Virus record (IMG/VR): IMGVR_UViG_3300028588_000820 | Strand: one strand, 5' to 3' | Source: a virus | Length of the DNA: 64,000 bases | Shown: one piece after another, positions 7,914-17,178 of the stretch | Layout of the letters: every line of letters begins with the position of its first letter | Numbering within the stretch: the stretch's first letter is position 1 | Translations under genes and position numbers: made by a program | Notes under the pieces: generated by a model | What the model was told of the DNA's origin: nothing | Seen by the model: the letters and a program-made list of their open reading frames with translations, nothing else | The model's database searches: none

Positions 7914-9578
7914 TTACGCGTAGACTGCTGGGAAAACTTGCTTCCAAGCTGAGCCGTCATACACCGAAATCACACCAGAGAGGACGCGTACGTCGCCTGT
8001 TTTTGCTGCGGTTGGGTTGACGCGGGATACGCCTAGATTTGTTGCGGCGGCTTCTGCGGTAGTTGCACCGGTACCGCCATTCGCGACAGCGACAGTGCCC
8101 GTGACATTACGTGAGTTGATCGGCCAGTTAACACCAAAATTAGTCGTGTCTACCATCGCTAGTAGTCCCGACGAGTCTGCAGCCCAGCCAATATAAATCT
8201 TGTTGCCGCTATGACCGGTACCACCGCCTTGTTGAATTGGAGTGAAACCTAGCGCAGCCTGAGCACCAAGATTTGTACGAGCTTGTGCAGCATTTGTTGC
8301 GCCAGTGCCGCCATTAGTGACAGCGACAGTACCAGTAACGTTTGTGGCCGTACCAGAGATATTCGAATCGGTGTATGCTAGGGTTTTGGTTGTCCAAGCT
8401 GTACCATCTGCTGGAGCCCACTTGTGTTCAATGTACTGGCTAGCTTTATTCAAATACAGTGAATTGAAACCACCACCAGTTGCATCGGTATATGTGGATA
8501 GGTCAATGATGTCTGCATAGCCTTGCGCAGAGTTTGCGTCATTTGCCGAACCAAAGCGGAATCTAGCACCACGAGCATAACCAATACCGGTAAGCGGATT
8601 AGTAATGTTTCTTAGATCAATAGCAGAAATACCAGCCGCATCGTACTGTCCAACAAAATAAGCACCTTTAGTCGGCACGTATGACAAGGCATCAATTACG
8701 TTGTTTGAAGAAATTTCACTGCGAATTGTAGCGGATGATTTATTTTCGACGTTACTAAGTGCCACGTCAGCTTTGGTCAATGTCACTGCTCCAGTACGTC
8801 CAGAAACAGATTGAACGGGAGCCGCAGCTGATGCTCGAGCGTTCGTGAAGTAAAGATTTGTACCTTCAGCAACATCGGCGGTGTTCAGCGTAACAGCTCC
8901 GGTACGACCAGCTACGGACTGAACTACGTCCGAAGGTGTTAGAAGCTCTTGCCAATCCTCTAAAGTGGCCGCGTTGGTTCCTTTTAGGATAAACGATTTG
9001 CGCAGATCGGTGCGCACAGCAACGTCACCAGTTTGCGCGACTAGTGCAAGCATTGCTGCTTGAGTAGCAACGACGAATGTATCAGTTAATGCGATTGATG
9101 GGAGTTGCGAAGATAGAATCTTACCGTTTCCATCGAGAGTAGCCACGCCATTTGGCGATCCGTTTGATGCGGAATTTGTTGGGGTGAATCCAAGCGCGGC
9201 AGTCACGTTAGCCGAGGTGAGCTCTGAGCGAATTGTCGCCGATGATTTATTCTCAACGTTAGCAAGACCAACATCCGTCTTCGTCAGTGTGACTGCACCA
9301 GTACGCCCAGCGACCGATTGAACCGGGGCTGCAGCCGAGGCGCGAGCGTTGGTGAAATAAAGATTTGTGCCTTCAGTAACATCGGAGGTGCTTAGTACGA
9401 CTTCACCAGTGCGGCCAGCAACAGAAAGAACTGGACCAATCTCAACGACCGTATTATTCTTTTTCAGGAATAGTTTACCATCAGTTGTATTGATTGCGAG
9501 TTCGCCGAGTTGTAGATCAGCAGCTAACGGGATTTTTGCAGCGACTGAGGAACGCTTTAATAGAATCTGTGTTGCCAT
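7914..9578 (-). CDS. Tail fibre protein with internal repeats
   Basis: N-terminal 'ILLKRS...GELAINTTDGKLF' adaptor; four V.SV.GRTG.V.L repeats; two NGGTGAT repeats. Confidence 0.8.
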   Translation of the reverse strand: MATQILLKRSSVAAKIPLAADLQLGELAINTTDGKLFLKKNNTVVEIGPVLSVAGRTGEVVLSTSDVTEGTNLYFTNARASAAAPVQSVAGRTGAVTLTKTDVGLANVENKSSATIRSELTSANVTAALGFTPTNSASNGSPNGVATLDGNGKILSSQLPSIALTDTFVVATQAAMLALVAQTGDVAVRTDLRKSFILKGTNAATLEDWQELLTPSDVVQSVAGRTGAVTLNTADVAEGTNLYFTNARASAAAPVQSVSGRTGAVTLTKADVALSNVENKSSATIRSEISSNNVIDALSYVPTKGAYFVGQYDAAGISAIDLRNITNPLTGIGYARGARFRFGSANDANSAQGYADIIDLSTYTDATGGGFNSLYLNKASQYIEHKWAPADGTAWTTKTLAYTDSNISGTATNVTGTVAVTNGGTGATNAAQARTNLGAQAALGFTPIQQGGGTGHSGNKIYIGWAADSSGLLAMVDTTNFGVNWPINSRNVTGTVAVANGGTGATTAEAAATNLGVSRVNPTAAKTGDVRVLSGVISVYDGSAWKQVFPAVYA

Positions 9579-9668
9579 TATATTTTTCCTTTAGAAAGAA
9601 AAATGGCTAGCCAATAAGGCTAGCCATTCCGTAGTTATTTATTAACTAGTGCAAATACTTGGAGTCGC

Positions 9669-9989
9669 TTAAAAGCTACCACCATCAATCACCGAAACCT
9701 TATCATTCACAAATTCTTGAGTTGCGACAATGTTCGTATTGACTGCTAGAGAAACATCGCCTGATGAACCACCGCCAGTCAAGCCGTTGCCGGCCGTGAT
9801 TTTGGTGATGTCACCGGTGACCCATTTACTGCCGTTGTGAACGTAAAAACCAGCGTCAAACCCAGTGATAGATTGTGTCAAGTAGAACATACGACCTTGA
9901 TCACCATCTAATGGGAATGTGGTACCAGATTCAACGTGTGAATTAGCGATGACCGAGTTATCGATCAATAAGATTCCGTCGATTAGCAT
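9669..9989 (-). CDS. Small virion/fibre-associated protein
   Basis: 'GDITKITAGNGLTGGGSSGDVSLAV' fibre motif and C-terminal IDGGSF. Confidence 0.65.
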   Translation of the reverse strand: MLIDGILLIDNSVIANSHVESGTTFPLDGDQGRMFYLTQSITGFDAGFYVHNGSKWVTGDITKITAGNGLTGGGSSGDVSLAVNTNIVATQEFVNDKVSVIDGGSF

Positions 9990-10011
9990 TTGATTTCCTT
10001 TATGTTACCAA

Positions 10012-10230
10012 TTACACCAAGCGTGCTTGACCGGTACGTGGAGTCGAGAAGTGAATCTCGCAAGTATTTTCGTCAATCACCTTAACTGCTTTTGGGATGA
10101 TTTTTTGTAGCGAACCTTCGTAGTCCACCATCACATCAACGATTGGGAAGTTGTGAAGGTAGTGGTTAACAACCCAAACAGTCGCTGGGGTTGTTTGAAC
10201 GTGGTTGTATGACAATAGTGCTGCTGGCAT
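10012..10230 (-). CDS. Stand-alone 'HNL' beta-module protein
   Basis: The whole protein is one copy of the W.+.H.L...P.V...P..+...D.N...+.F..P..G.ARL module. Confidence 0.7.
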   Translation of the reverse strand: MPAALLSYNHVQTTPATVWVVNHYLHNFPIVDVMVDYEGSLQKIIPKAVKVIDENTCEIHFSTPRTGQARLV

Positions 10231-10240
10231 AGCCTTCTCC

Positions 10241-10843
10241 TTAGATTAGACGAGCGTTACCGACGTATGGCTGAGTGAAAGTCACTGTGACCTGGAAGTT
10301 GCTATCGTGAACGATCGATTGCGGCTGAACTTCTTCGTTACCGATGAAGATACGGACCACTGGGTGGTAGCCGAGGTTGTGCGGGATAACCCAAGTTGCT
10401 GATGGGTTGGTTTGCGCATGTTCGTACGAATACATTGGGCGTGGAGTACCCATAGTAGCGCCGATAAGAACAGCTGCACGACCTGAAACCGGAGCACCAA
10501 AATACACTTTAACTTGATCATCAGAGATGATTTCGATTTCGTCTGGAATGACTAGACGTTGATCGGCGCCGTAAACTTGAACGGTTGGCAGAGTGGTGTG
10601 TAGATTGTGGTTGATGACCCATTCTTTTGCTGCAACGGTTTGGGTGAATTCGAATGACTCGACTTCCTTAGTTAGCGGAACCCAAACAGGTAGGCCGCCG
10701 TCAATGGAAACGCAGATGTACAGACGTTTTTGCCAAAACACTAGACGACCTGGGACTGGTAGGCTAGGGAAATATGATTCAACAGAAAGAGCAACTTCTT
10801 GTAGCTCGTTTTGCTGCATGTTGATGTTACCAAATGATTTCAT
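10241..10843 (-). CDS. Virion protein with two 'HNL' modules
   Basis: WVINHNL and WVIPHNL tandem domains. Confidence 0.7.
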   Translation of the reverse strand: MKSFGNINMQQNELQEVALSVESYFPSLPVPGRLVFWQKRLYICVSIDGGLPVWVPLTKEVESFEFTQTVAAKEWVINHNLHTTLPTVQVYGADQRLVIPDEIEIISDDQVKVYFGAPVSGRAAVLIGATMGTPRPMYSYEHAQTNPSATWVIPHNLGYHPVVRIFIGNEEVQPQSIVHDSNFQVTVTFTQPYVGNARLI

Positions 10844-10939
10844 CGTTTTTTCTCCGAGTTGATGATAAAACGGGCCTCCAATAGGAGGCCCGTGAATTTC
10901 CTATTACTTAACGCTTACTGCAAAACCACCAGAGGTGAT

Positions 10940-12868
10940 TTAGACTAGATCGACGCCTAGACCCATCACAACAACTTTGCAAGCTAGTGCGACGTTGAAG
11001 GTCACGGTTAGCTGGGTAGCTGAGTCGAAGATGACTGCTTGTGGGATGATCTGCTCGTTGGTTTCAGAGTCGATCACGGTCACGTTGCAGAAACGGCTAC
11101 CGATGTTGTGAACAACAGCGTGTGAAGTAGCTTCCACACCGTCGTATAGGAAGTAACCTTTAGCTAGCTTAGCAGCAAGTGCAGCTTCTGCTTCGGTAGC
11201 GCGGGTAACTTCGGTTGCTAGATCAGCAGCGATTGCTTTCTCTGCAGTGTCAGCACGTAGTGCTTCAGCAGCGATCGCATCAGCGTTAGCTAGTTCAGCA
11301 GCTTCAGCACGCACCTTTTCAGCAGCGATAGCGTCAGCATTTGCCTTTTCAGCAGCTTCAGCGCGGACCTTTTCGTCAGCAACCGCAGTAGCGTTTGCAG
11401 CGATAGAAGCCACGACAGCGTCGGAGACCTTGATACCACCAGTGCCACGGGTGATGGTGTTGCCATCTAGCTTCACAGCTAGTTGAGCCGCGGTACCGGT
11501 TGAATCGGTTGAGCCATCTTCGGTTAGGAATAGACCACCAGTGCCTAGAACGTCGACACCAACTTCATCCGATGGTAGCTGTGCAATACCAGCACCTAGG
11601 TTAACGTCGATTTGGTTGCCGTTCTTTGATAGACCAACACCAGCAGCAAGCTGACCACCGCCAGTGAACTGGACGAATTGTGGAACCACACCACCGGCGT
11701 CGGCGCTGTAGACCATATTGACCACGTAACCGGTTTCGGTATCCTTAGCGAAGAATGCATCGCCTTCTTTTAGCTCAACGGTGTCTAGTGCAGCGATGCC
11801 ACCAGGTTCGCCGTAGAACTTAGCGTTATCAAAGACGTAAATCTTGTTGGTTTCTAGCACAGCGATACGAGTACCGTCAATGTAGCTCTCAGCTAGACCG
11901 CCATTAGCGAGTTCTAGAGTTTCTGGAGAGAAATCAACCGCCTTCAACCATGATAGACCAGCTAGTAGGTTGTCAACGTAGTTCTTGCTTGCTGCGTCGT
12001 CAGCTTGAGTTGGAGCAGCAAGACCGATGATCTTGTTACCACCCATTGCCAACTGACCAGTCATCGAGTCACCAGCTTTGGAGACTTTTAGGTCGATTGC
12101 AAGTTGTAGTGCAGTCTTAGCAGCTTCTAGGTCAGCCGAAGCTTCGCCTTCTGCAGCTAGACGAGCTAGGATTTCTTCAGCTAGGTCGTCAGCGATTGCT
12201 TGTTCAGCAGCTTCTGCGCGATCCTTTTCTGCGGTCACTAGGCCTTCGATGCGAGCTTCTTCACCGGTTGCACGAGTAACTTCAGCAGCTAGGTCGGTAG
12301 CAGCTTTGTCAGCGGTCGCCTTAACAGCGTCGATTTGACCTTGGACTGGAGCAGTCACGCCAACTAGGTGGTTGACTTCAGCAGCGGTTGCGGTCACATC
12401 GGAGATGTCAGCTAGGACTGGAGTGTGGTTGATCCACTTACCAGAGACAGCGTCGAAACGTAGGAACTGACCAGTACCAGGTGCGTTTAGCGCAACATCT
12501 AGTAGCTTGGATAGTGAGTCCTTACCAGCGACGGAATCGCCTAGTTTGTTGATTGCATCAGTGATGCTTGATGCAGCAACTGCGGTGATAGCACCAGCGT
12601 TGAAGCCACCAGTTGCGGTGATTGCGCCGCCTAGGGATGCTTCTAGGTTGTCAACTTCGGTCTGTAGGCTTGCTGCGTCACCACCAGTAGCTAGGGCAAC
12701 CCATGCCAAACCAGTGTTCATGTAGAACAGCTTGTCGACAGTGTTGTAGATCAAACGACCGGCTTCAGCAGCGTGGAAAGTTGGAGTAGCGGCTAGGCGC
12801 TCAACAACTAGATTCTGAACTTCTGATTGACCAAGTGCGTTTAGGGTAATGTTGCCATTAAATTTCAT
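10940..12868 (-). CDS. Long coiled-coil fibre protein with C-terminal 'HNL' module
   Basis: AEVTRAT/AEKVRAEAAE heptad repeats, 'DAASKNYVD' fibre motif, strong CTA codon bias, AAGGAG RBS. Confidence 0.75.
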   Translation of the reverse strand: MKFNGNITLNALGQSEVQNLVVERLAATPTFHAAEAGRLIYNTVDKLFYMNTGLAWVALATGGDAASLQTEVDNLEASLGGAITATGGFNAGAITAVAASSITDAINKLGDSVAGKDSLSKLLDVALNAPGTGQFLRFDAVSGKWINHTPVLADISDVTATAAEVNHLVGVTAPVQGQIDAVKATADKAATDLAAEVTRATGEEARIEGLVTAEKDRAEAAEQAIADDLAEEILARLAAEGEASADLEAAKTALQLAIDLKVSKAGDSMTGQLAMGGNKIIGLAAPTQADDAASKNYVDNLLAGLSWLKAVDFSPETLELANGGLAESYIDGTRIAVLETNKIYVFDNAKFYGEPGGIAALDTVELKEGDAFFAKDTETGYVVNMVYSADAGGVVPQFVQFTGGGQLAAGVGLSKNGNQIDVNLGAGIAQLPSDEVGVDVLGTGGLFLTEDGSTDSTGTAAQLAVKLDGNTITRGTGGIKVSDAVVASIAANATAVADEKVRAEAAEKANADAIAAEKVRAEAAELANADAIAAEALRADTAEKAIAADLATEVTRATEAEAALAAKLAKGYFLYDGVEATSHAVVHNIGSRFCNVTVIDSETNEQIIPQAVIFDSATQLTVTFNVALACKVVVMGLGVDLV

Positions 12869-12936
12869 GTAGAACTCCTTAAGTGGTTGTTGTAATGCTT
12901 GATACGAAATTACAGTTCAAAGCTATACATTATTTT

Positions 12937-13155
12937 TTATGGACGACGGGTCGCAGTCGTCAACTGCTTGATAGCGGTGTTGAACGCGACTGGTTCCACT
13001 CGTAGGTTGCCTAGATCGTAGTCGTCAACGATGCTTTGGTCGACGTTAGGGAAAACGAATGTGCCTTTGTTGCCATTCTTTTCGATGTGGGACATTTTGA
13101 CGCCTAGCACCTTTAGTGCTGCGGCAAGGATAATATCAGTGGTGCTTAGTTCCAT
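12937..13155 (-). CDS. Small hypothetical protein (DUF5659-like)
   Basis: 'STTDIILAAALKVLG' pattern; ATG 13155 preferred as start. Confidence 0.55.
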   Translation of the reverse strand: MELSTTDIILAAALKVLGVKMSHIEKNGNKGTFVFPNVDQSIVDDYDLGNLRVEPVAFNTAIKQLTTATRRP

Positions 13156-13178
13156 TTTGTTTCTCAATTAGAATTGGA

Positions 13179-14288
13179 TTAGTTGTTTTTGTAAAACATC
13201 ATGTTCACGCGTCCTGATTGAGGAGAACCGAATTTCAATGTCACAGTGTTGTCATCGACTAATTGCGCTGAGTCAGGCTGAAACATAAAACCGTTTTCAT
13301 CAAATACGTGAAACATTAGATTTTTACTGTTTTTATTATGTTCTATGACCCACTCTCGCATAGGTTCGGTGGCGATGAAAGTGTATCCAGATGGGGTAGA
13401 AACGCCGCTTCCTGGAGTACCACCTACCGAAATGTCATCGATCTGTGATTGCAGATCGTCAACATCTTGATGCAAACCCTGTACTTGAGCATTGATATTA
13501 TTTATCGAATTGCCAAGAAATTCAAGAACAGATTGCACATTTCGAGCCATCGTCTCAGGTAGATTCGTGAATGAACCTGGATCGATATTGATTTCGCGTG
13601 CTAAGTGCTTGTAAGAGTTGCTTACGAAAATGTGGTTTCGAACTTGAGCAGCAAGAGCTGCCAAATCTATGCCATTAATTTTTCCGCCAACAGTTAAATC
13701 GCCGATAACGTTTAGCGTTGATGCTGTTGTGGTTCCTGCTGCGTCAACCTTTAGGACTGCAGCAGTTGGATCACCAGGCACCAGTGAGATGACAAGTAGA
13801 TCAGAGGTCGGTGCTTTTTGATTTGCACCCGGACCAATCCAAAGAGCGGGTTGATCCACTGCTTGCGCAGTTAAGTGTAGGTTGTTGGCTTGGGTAGTCG
13901 TTGAGTTGACATACGTATGCGTGCCACCAACGATTAAGTCCCCACCAATAGTAACGGCACCGGTGGTCGCGTCAATCTTAAACGAAATGCCAGGCGCGTT
14001 CGGAGCATCGATAATGAAGTCACGACCTGGGATCAAATTGATGATCGCTGGTTCGCCGGCTTCCGAGCTGTTGTCGTACGATTTCTGAAGGCTAATCAGC
14101 TTCAGAGTTCCACCACCAGTTGTTGTACCGTCAGCGAAAACTAGGTCTTTACCGTTTACCGTAAAGCCAGGTCCAGCGACACCACCAATGTTAATGATTG
14201 CGCCATCTGGGAGACCGGATGGGAAACCAGAACTTGTGTCTAGGAATAATGGGCGGTACACTGTGACCGCTAGGTTATTTTCTGCCAT
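13179..14288 (-). CDS. Fibre-like virion protein with C-terminal 'HNL' module
   Basis: Gly/Thr-rich beta region, short coiled coil, 'EWVIEHNKN...DDNTVTLKFGSPQSG'. Confidence 0.65.
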   Translation of the reverse strand: MAENNLAVTVYRPLFLDTSSGFPSGLPDGAIINIGGVAGPGFTVNGKDLVFADGTTTGGGTLKLISLQKSYDNSSEAGEPAIINLIPGRDFIIDAPNAPGISFKIDATTGAVTIGGDLIVGGTHTYVNSTTTQANNLHLTAQAVDQPALWIGPGANQKAPTSDLLVISLVPGDPTAAVLKVDAAGTTTASTLNVIGDLTVGGKINGIDLAALAAQVRNHIFVSNSYKHLAREINIDPGSFTNLPETMARNVQSVLEFLGNSINNINAQVQGLHQDVDDLQSQIDDISVGGTPGSGVSTPSGYTFIATEPMREWVIEHNKNSKNLMFHVFDENGFMFQPDSAQLVDDNTVTLKFGSPQSGRVNMMFYKNN

Positions 14289-14300
14289 CTATTCTCTCCA

Positions 14301-15281
14301 TTAACGAGTTGCGGCAACGTAGTAGACAGGAGCCTGAATGCCTACGTTAATGGTTTTTTGTGACTCAACCGTTCCAATCATTTGAACAACACCAGATGGA
14401 GGTGGAGTTAAAGTAATCTGACCAGTCTCGCCGCAGAAAAGTGGCTTACCAATTGAATTCGACGGAAAGTTCCATTGCTCGTTAAAGACCACACCAGTGG
14501 TGATCAAGCGAGAAACGTCGCCCATGTACATGTCTTCAGCAACAATACCGTTGATGATCAGCTTAGTGTTTGAGTAGCGTCCAAGCATGACTGTTCCGGC
14601 TGCCGCGATCGAAACGCATGAGTATGCAGGAATGTACTCTGCCGCCTTGACATACGTCAATAGGGTTTCAAACTGGATTTGGGAATGGGTATTGTTCCCG
14701 GCTGCCTGGATATGGAAATTTGTTTCTGTGGTTAGGAAGGTTCCATCGGCTGCACGCAACGGCTTTAATTGGTCATCAAATAGAATCGTACCAGAAACGC
14801 CTTGAGTCTTATCGCCAATTTGTGAACCCAAGAATTGCGGACGAATGATTGCGTTATCACCGTACACGCCAGCAAACACACGAATCTTAATGACCCATGA
14901 ATGTCCGCTATAAACCTTCATTTTGTTAGACGACAAATCAAACCAATGCTGATCTCGTTTTGGATGCTTTGGCGCGTTTGGTCCAACAAACGGTGGATGA
15001 AGGGTGTAACCTCTTGATAGGACTCCGGTTAAGGTGTCGATGTCCCAGAACAAATACTGAGTTTCGGCCTTTGGTTGGAATGGTCCCCATGCGCGGATGA
15101 TCGGTTTAGTTTCTTCAATTGTGTAGTTAGCACTGCCATGCGCAAAAGTGATGACGCAAGGATCAGGCTGGACATTGAGGTCTAGGTACCTATCGTCGTT
15201 TGCCGAAACCACAAGATATTGTGGTGCGCCATTCGAGTCCGCTTGGTATCTAATAATTCCTTGTCGGAAAGCGGTCTTCAT
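14301..15281 (-). CDS. Virion structural protein
   Basis: AGAGGA RBS, GATAAATA at 15322-15329; first gene of the fibre operon. Confidence 0.6.
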   Translation of the reverse strand: MKTAFRQGIIRYQADSNGAPQYLVVSANDDRYLDLNVQPDPCVITFAHGSANYTIEETKPIIRAWGPFQPKAETQYLFWDIDTLTGVLSRGYTLHPPFVGPNAPKHPKRDQHWFDLSSNKMKVYSGHSWVIKIRVFAGVYGDNAIIRPQFLGSQIGDKTQGVSGTILFDDQLKPLRAADGTFLTTETNFHIQAAGNNTHSQIQFETLLTYVKAAEYIPAYSCVSIAAAGTVMLGRYSNTKLIINGIVAEDMYMGDVSRLITTGVVFNEQWNFPSNSIGKPLFCGETGQITLTPPPSGVVQMIGTVESQKTINVGIQAPVYYVAATR

Positions 15282-15364
15282 TTAAAGTCCTCTTTGTTAT
15301 GTTATATGGTTATGGTCTTTCTATTTATCTGGATCGATCTTTTCTAAAAATTTGCAAATTCTTG

Positions 15365-15393
15365 TGTACAAAACTTAAAAGTTGATGTATTAT
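15365..15393 (+). promoter_or_regulatory. Early promoter TGTACA-N17-TATTAT
   Basis: Spacer AAACTTAAAAGTTGATG. Confidence 0.75.
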
Positions 15394-15429
15394 TCTTTTA
15401 TAGGGGTGCTGCATAATAAGGAGAAATTC

Positions 15430-15759
15430 ATGCTTTACAAAGGTCGTCGTTATGGTATTTGCTCTAATGTAGTGATACTGCCGATCCTTACTGAAGATGG
15501 CATGCTCCAGCCTTACGTCAACCCAAGCATGCAGAATTACGTCTACTTCGGTCGCACATACCCAGATCGCCGGATTACACCAAACATGGTCAAGACGCGA
15601 TACAAGTGGGGCACTGAAGAGGATTCCGAATCGGTCTATGCTGAACCGATTCCGATCAAGTATTTTTCGTTAACCAATCTTGCCTTGTGCGTAGACAACT
15701 ATTTCTACCTGGCATACAATGGCCGCGTGTACAGGGCCAAGAAAACCCCATTGAGGTAA
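15430..15759 (+). CDS. Hypothetical early protein
   Basis: AAGGAG RBS before ATG 15430. Confidence 0.7.
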   Translation: MLYKGRRYGICSNVVILPILTEDGMLQPYVNPSMQNYVYFGRTYPDRRITPNMVKTRYKWGTEEDSESVYAEPIPIKYFSLTNLALCVDNYFYLAYNGRVYRAKKTPLR

Positions 15760-15761
15760 TC

Positions 15762-16073
15762 ATGTCCACTTATCGTTTGAGCAATGCTGAGGAACAAGCC
15801 AAGCAATTCCCGGACGACTTCAACATCCCGTCGATGAAGGAACGGAAGGAAGTTCCCGACGGACATTACGTGAAACTTGGGTTTGAACTCGCGCCAGTCT
15901 CGTCGACTATCGGGATAGAATACCTCTGGGTGCGTGTCACTGAGCGTGAAGCCGCTGATGGCACGTACTACGGTACCCTCGATGATTCGCCGCAGTTTGC
16001 AACCAACGTGACGGTTAACGATTCGATTCAGTTCGAGACCGAAAACATTTACGGGATCATGGCTCCCAGATAA
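15762..16073 (+). CDS. DUF2314/YegJ-like protein
   Basis: 'VKLGF...EYLWVRV...YYGTLDDSP' motif; GAGGT RBS. Confidence 0.6.
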   Translation: MSTYRLSNAEEQAKQFPDDFNIPSMKERKEVPDGHYVKLGFELAPVSSTIGIEYLWVRVTEREAADGTYYGTLDDSPQFATNVTVNDSIQFETENIYGIMAPR

Positions 16074-16081
16074 GGAAAGAA

Positions 16082-16495
16082 ATGAAACAAGGAGATTTGT
16101 ACTCCTATGCGACGATAAGTCTGCAATCGCATGGGTTTAGCATCCGCACCAACCGTGACTTCCGTTACGAGCTGGTCGGCAACTACATGGATGGCTACGT
16201 CTTGAATGGCACAGTCGACAACAAAGTTCGCGTGAAGCCGGACGAGTCGGAGGTTCTTCGTTTAGATGACCGCTTTCCAAACGATCGCTCGAACTACATC
16301 ATGGTCTATCCAGCCGACCAGTCAGAAGAGCACATCACCAACACGATTCTTAGGCAGCTCGAGGTCGTTATCAAGCAGCATGTCGAGGTGTACCAGACGC
16401 TGTACGAGAACGCCAAGTCGATGCTGACTGAGGTACAGAAAGGAAGGATGGGACACATCTGTCCGCCTGGCTTGTTCATCGATCATCAGCAATAA
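16082..16495 (+). CDS. Hypothetical protein
   Basis: AAGGA RBS; last gene of the three-gene early island. Confidence 0.7.
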   Translation: MKQGDLYSYATISLQSHGFSIRTNRDFRYELVGNYMDGYVLNGTVDNKVRVKPDESEVLRLDDRFPNDRSNYIMVYPADQSEEHITNTILRQLEVVIKQHVEVYQTLYENAKSMLTEVQKGRMGHICPPGLFIDHQQ

Positions 16496-16511
16496 AGCAT
16501 CACACCAAAGC

Positions 16512-16542
16512 AAAATGGGACCTCGATTGAGGTCCCATTTTT
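16512..16542. terminator. Bidirectional terminator
   Basis: AAAATGGGACCTC-GATT-GAGGTCCCATTTTT. Confidence 0.85.
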
Positions 16543-16557
16543 GTTTCTACTGAAAGA

Positions 16558-17139
16558 TTACGACACGCTGATGGTCAGAGTGTACGTGATCAAAATGCTA
16601 CGGTTTGCGGTCTTCTCAACCGGACTGAAGATCAAGTGCGACATCATTAGCGGAGGAGAATCGTTCGTGAACAAGGCCAGTTCGTCGAAGGTGTACAAGC
16701 TGTCTGGATTGGTAGTCGAATTATCCGAGGTTGCTTGGCCAGCTGGTTCATTGGCTGAAAGTTCCAAAGTGCAAGTCACGACCGAAGTGATTGCTGGCAC
16801 TGGTGAAGGTGCGCTGATCACTGAGTTGCCAGGTGCAACCGATACGTCATGGCTGTCAATCACTTCCTGATAGGTCTGATTGTACAGAGTTGCCGTGGTG
16901 CCGGTAATGTTTGGTGGCAAGTAAGAGATGTTCAAGCTTGCATCGATGTGGGTGCCACCATTACCTAGACCCATCTTATACACCCATGAGTTTGGTTCGT
17001 GTGCTAGACCCCTAGCAATGACACGAGCCATGTTCTGTGGGTGAATCGCGTTGTTCTTGTCGATAAGAACTTCGCCGGTGTCCTTGTCAATTGCCTTAAC
17101 GTGGCCGATGACATTCAGTTTAAGTTGTGAGTCAATCAT
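16558..17139 (-). CDS. Baseplate/tail structural protein
   Basis: 'DKNNAIH..NM...MGLGNGG...FDELAL...HLIFSPVEK' pattern; TATAAATA at 17161-17168. Confidence 0.65.
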   Translation of the reverse strand: MIDSQLKLNVIGHVKAIDKDTGEVLIDKNNAIHPQNMARVIARGLAHEPNSWVYKMGLGNGGTHIDASLNISYLPPNITGTTATLYNQTYQEVIDSHDVSVAPGNSVISAPSPVPAITSVVTCTLELSANEPAGQATSDNSTTNPDSLYTFDELALFTNDSPPLMMSHLIFSPVEKTANRSILITYTLTISVS

Positions 17140-17178
17140 GTTTGTTCCTCATTTTTCTTTTATTTATATTGTTTGGCA

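Noticed and set aside
7914-9578. Diversity-generating retroelement target (Mtd-like N-terminus, internal repeats)
   Set aside because: There is no reverse transcriptase in the window, and the repeats differ at synonymous positions rather than specifically at adenines.
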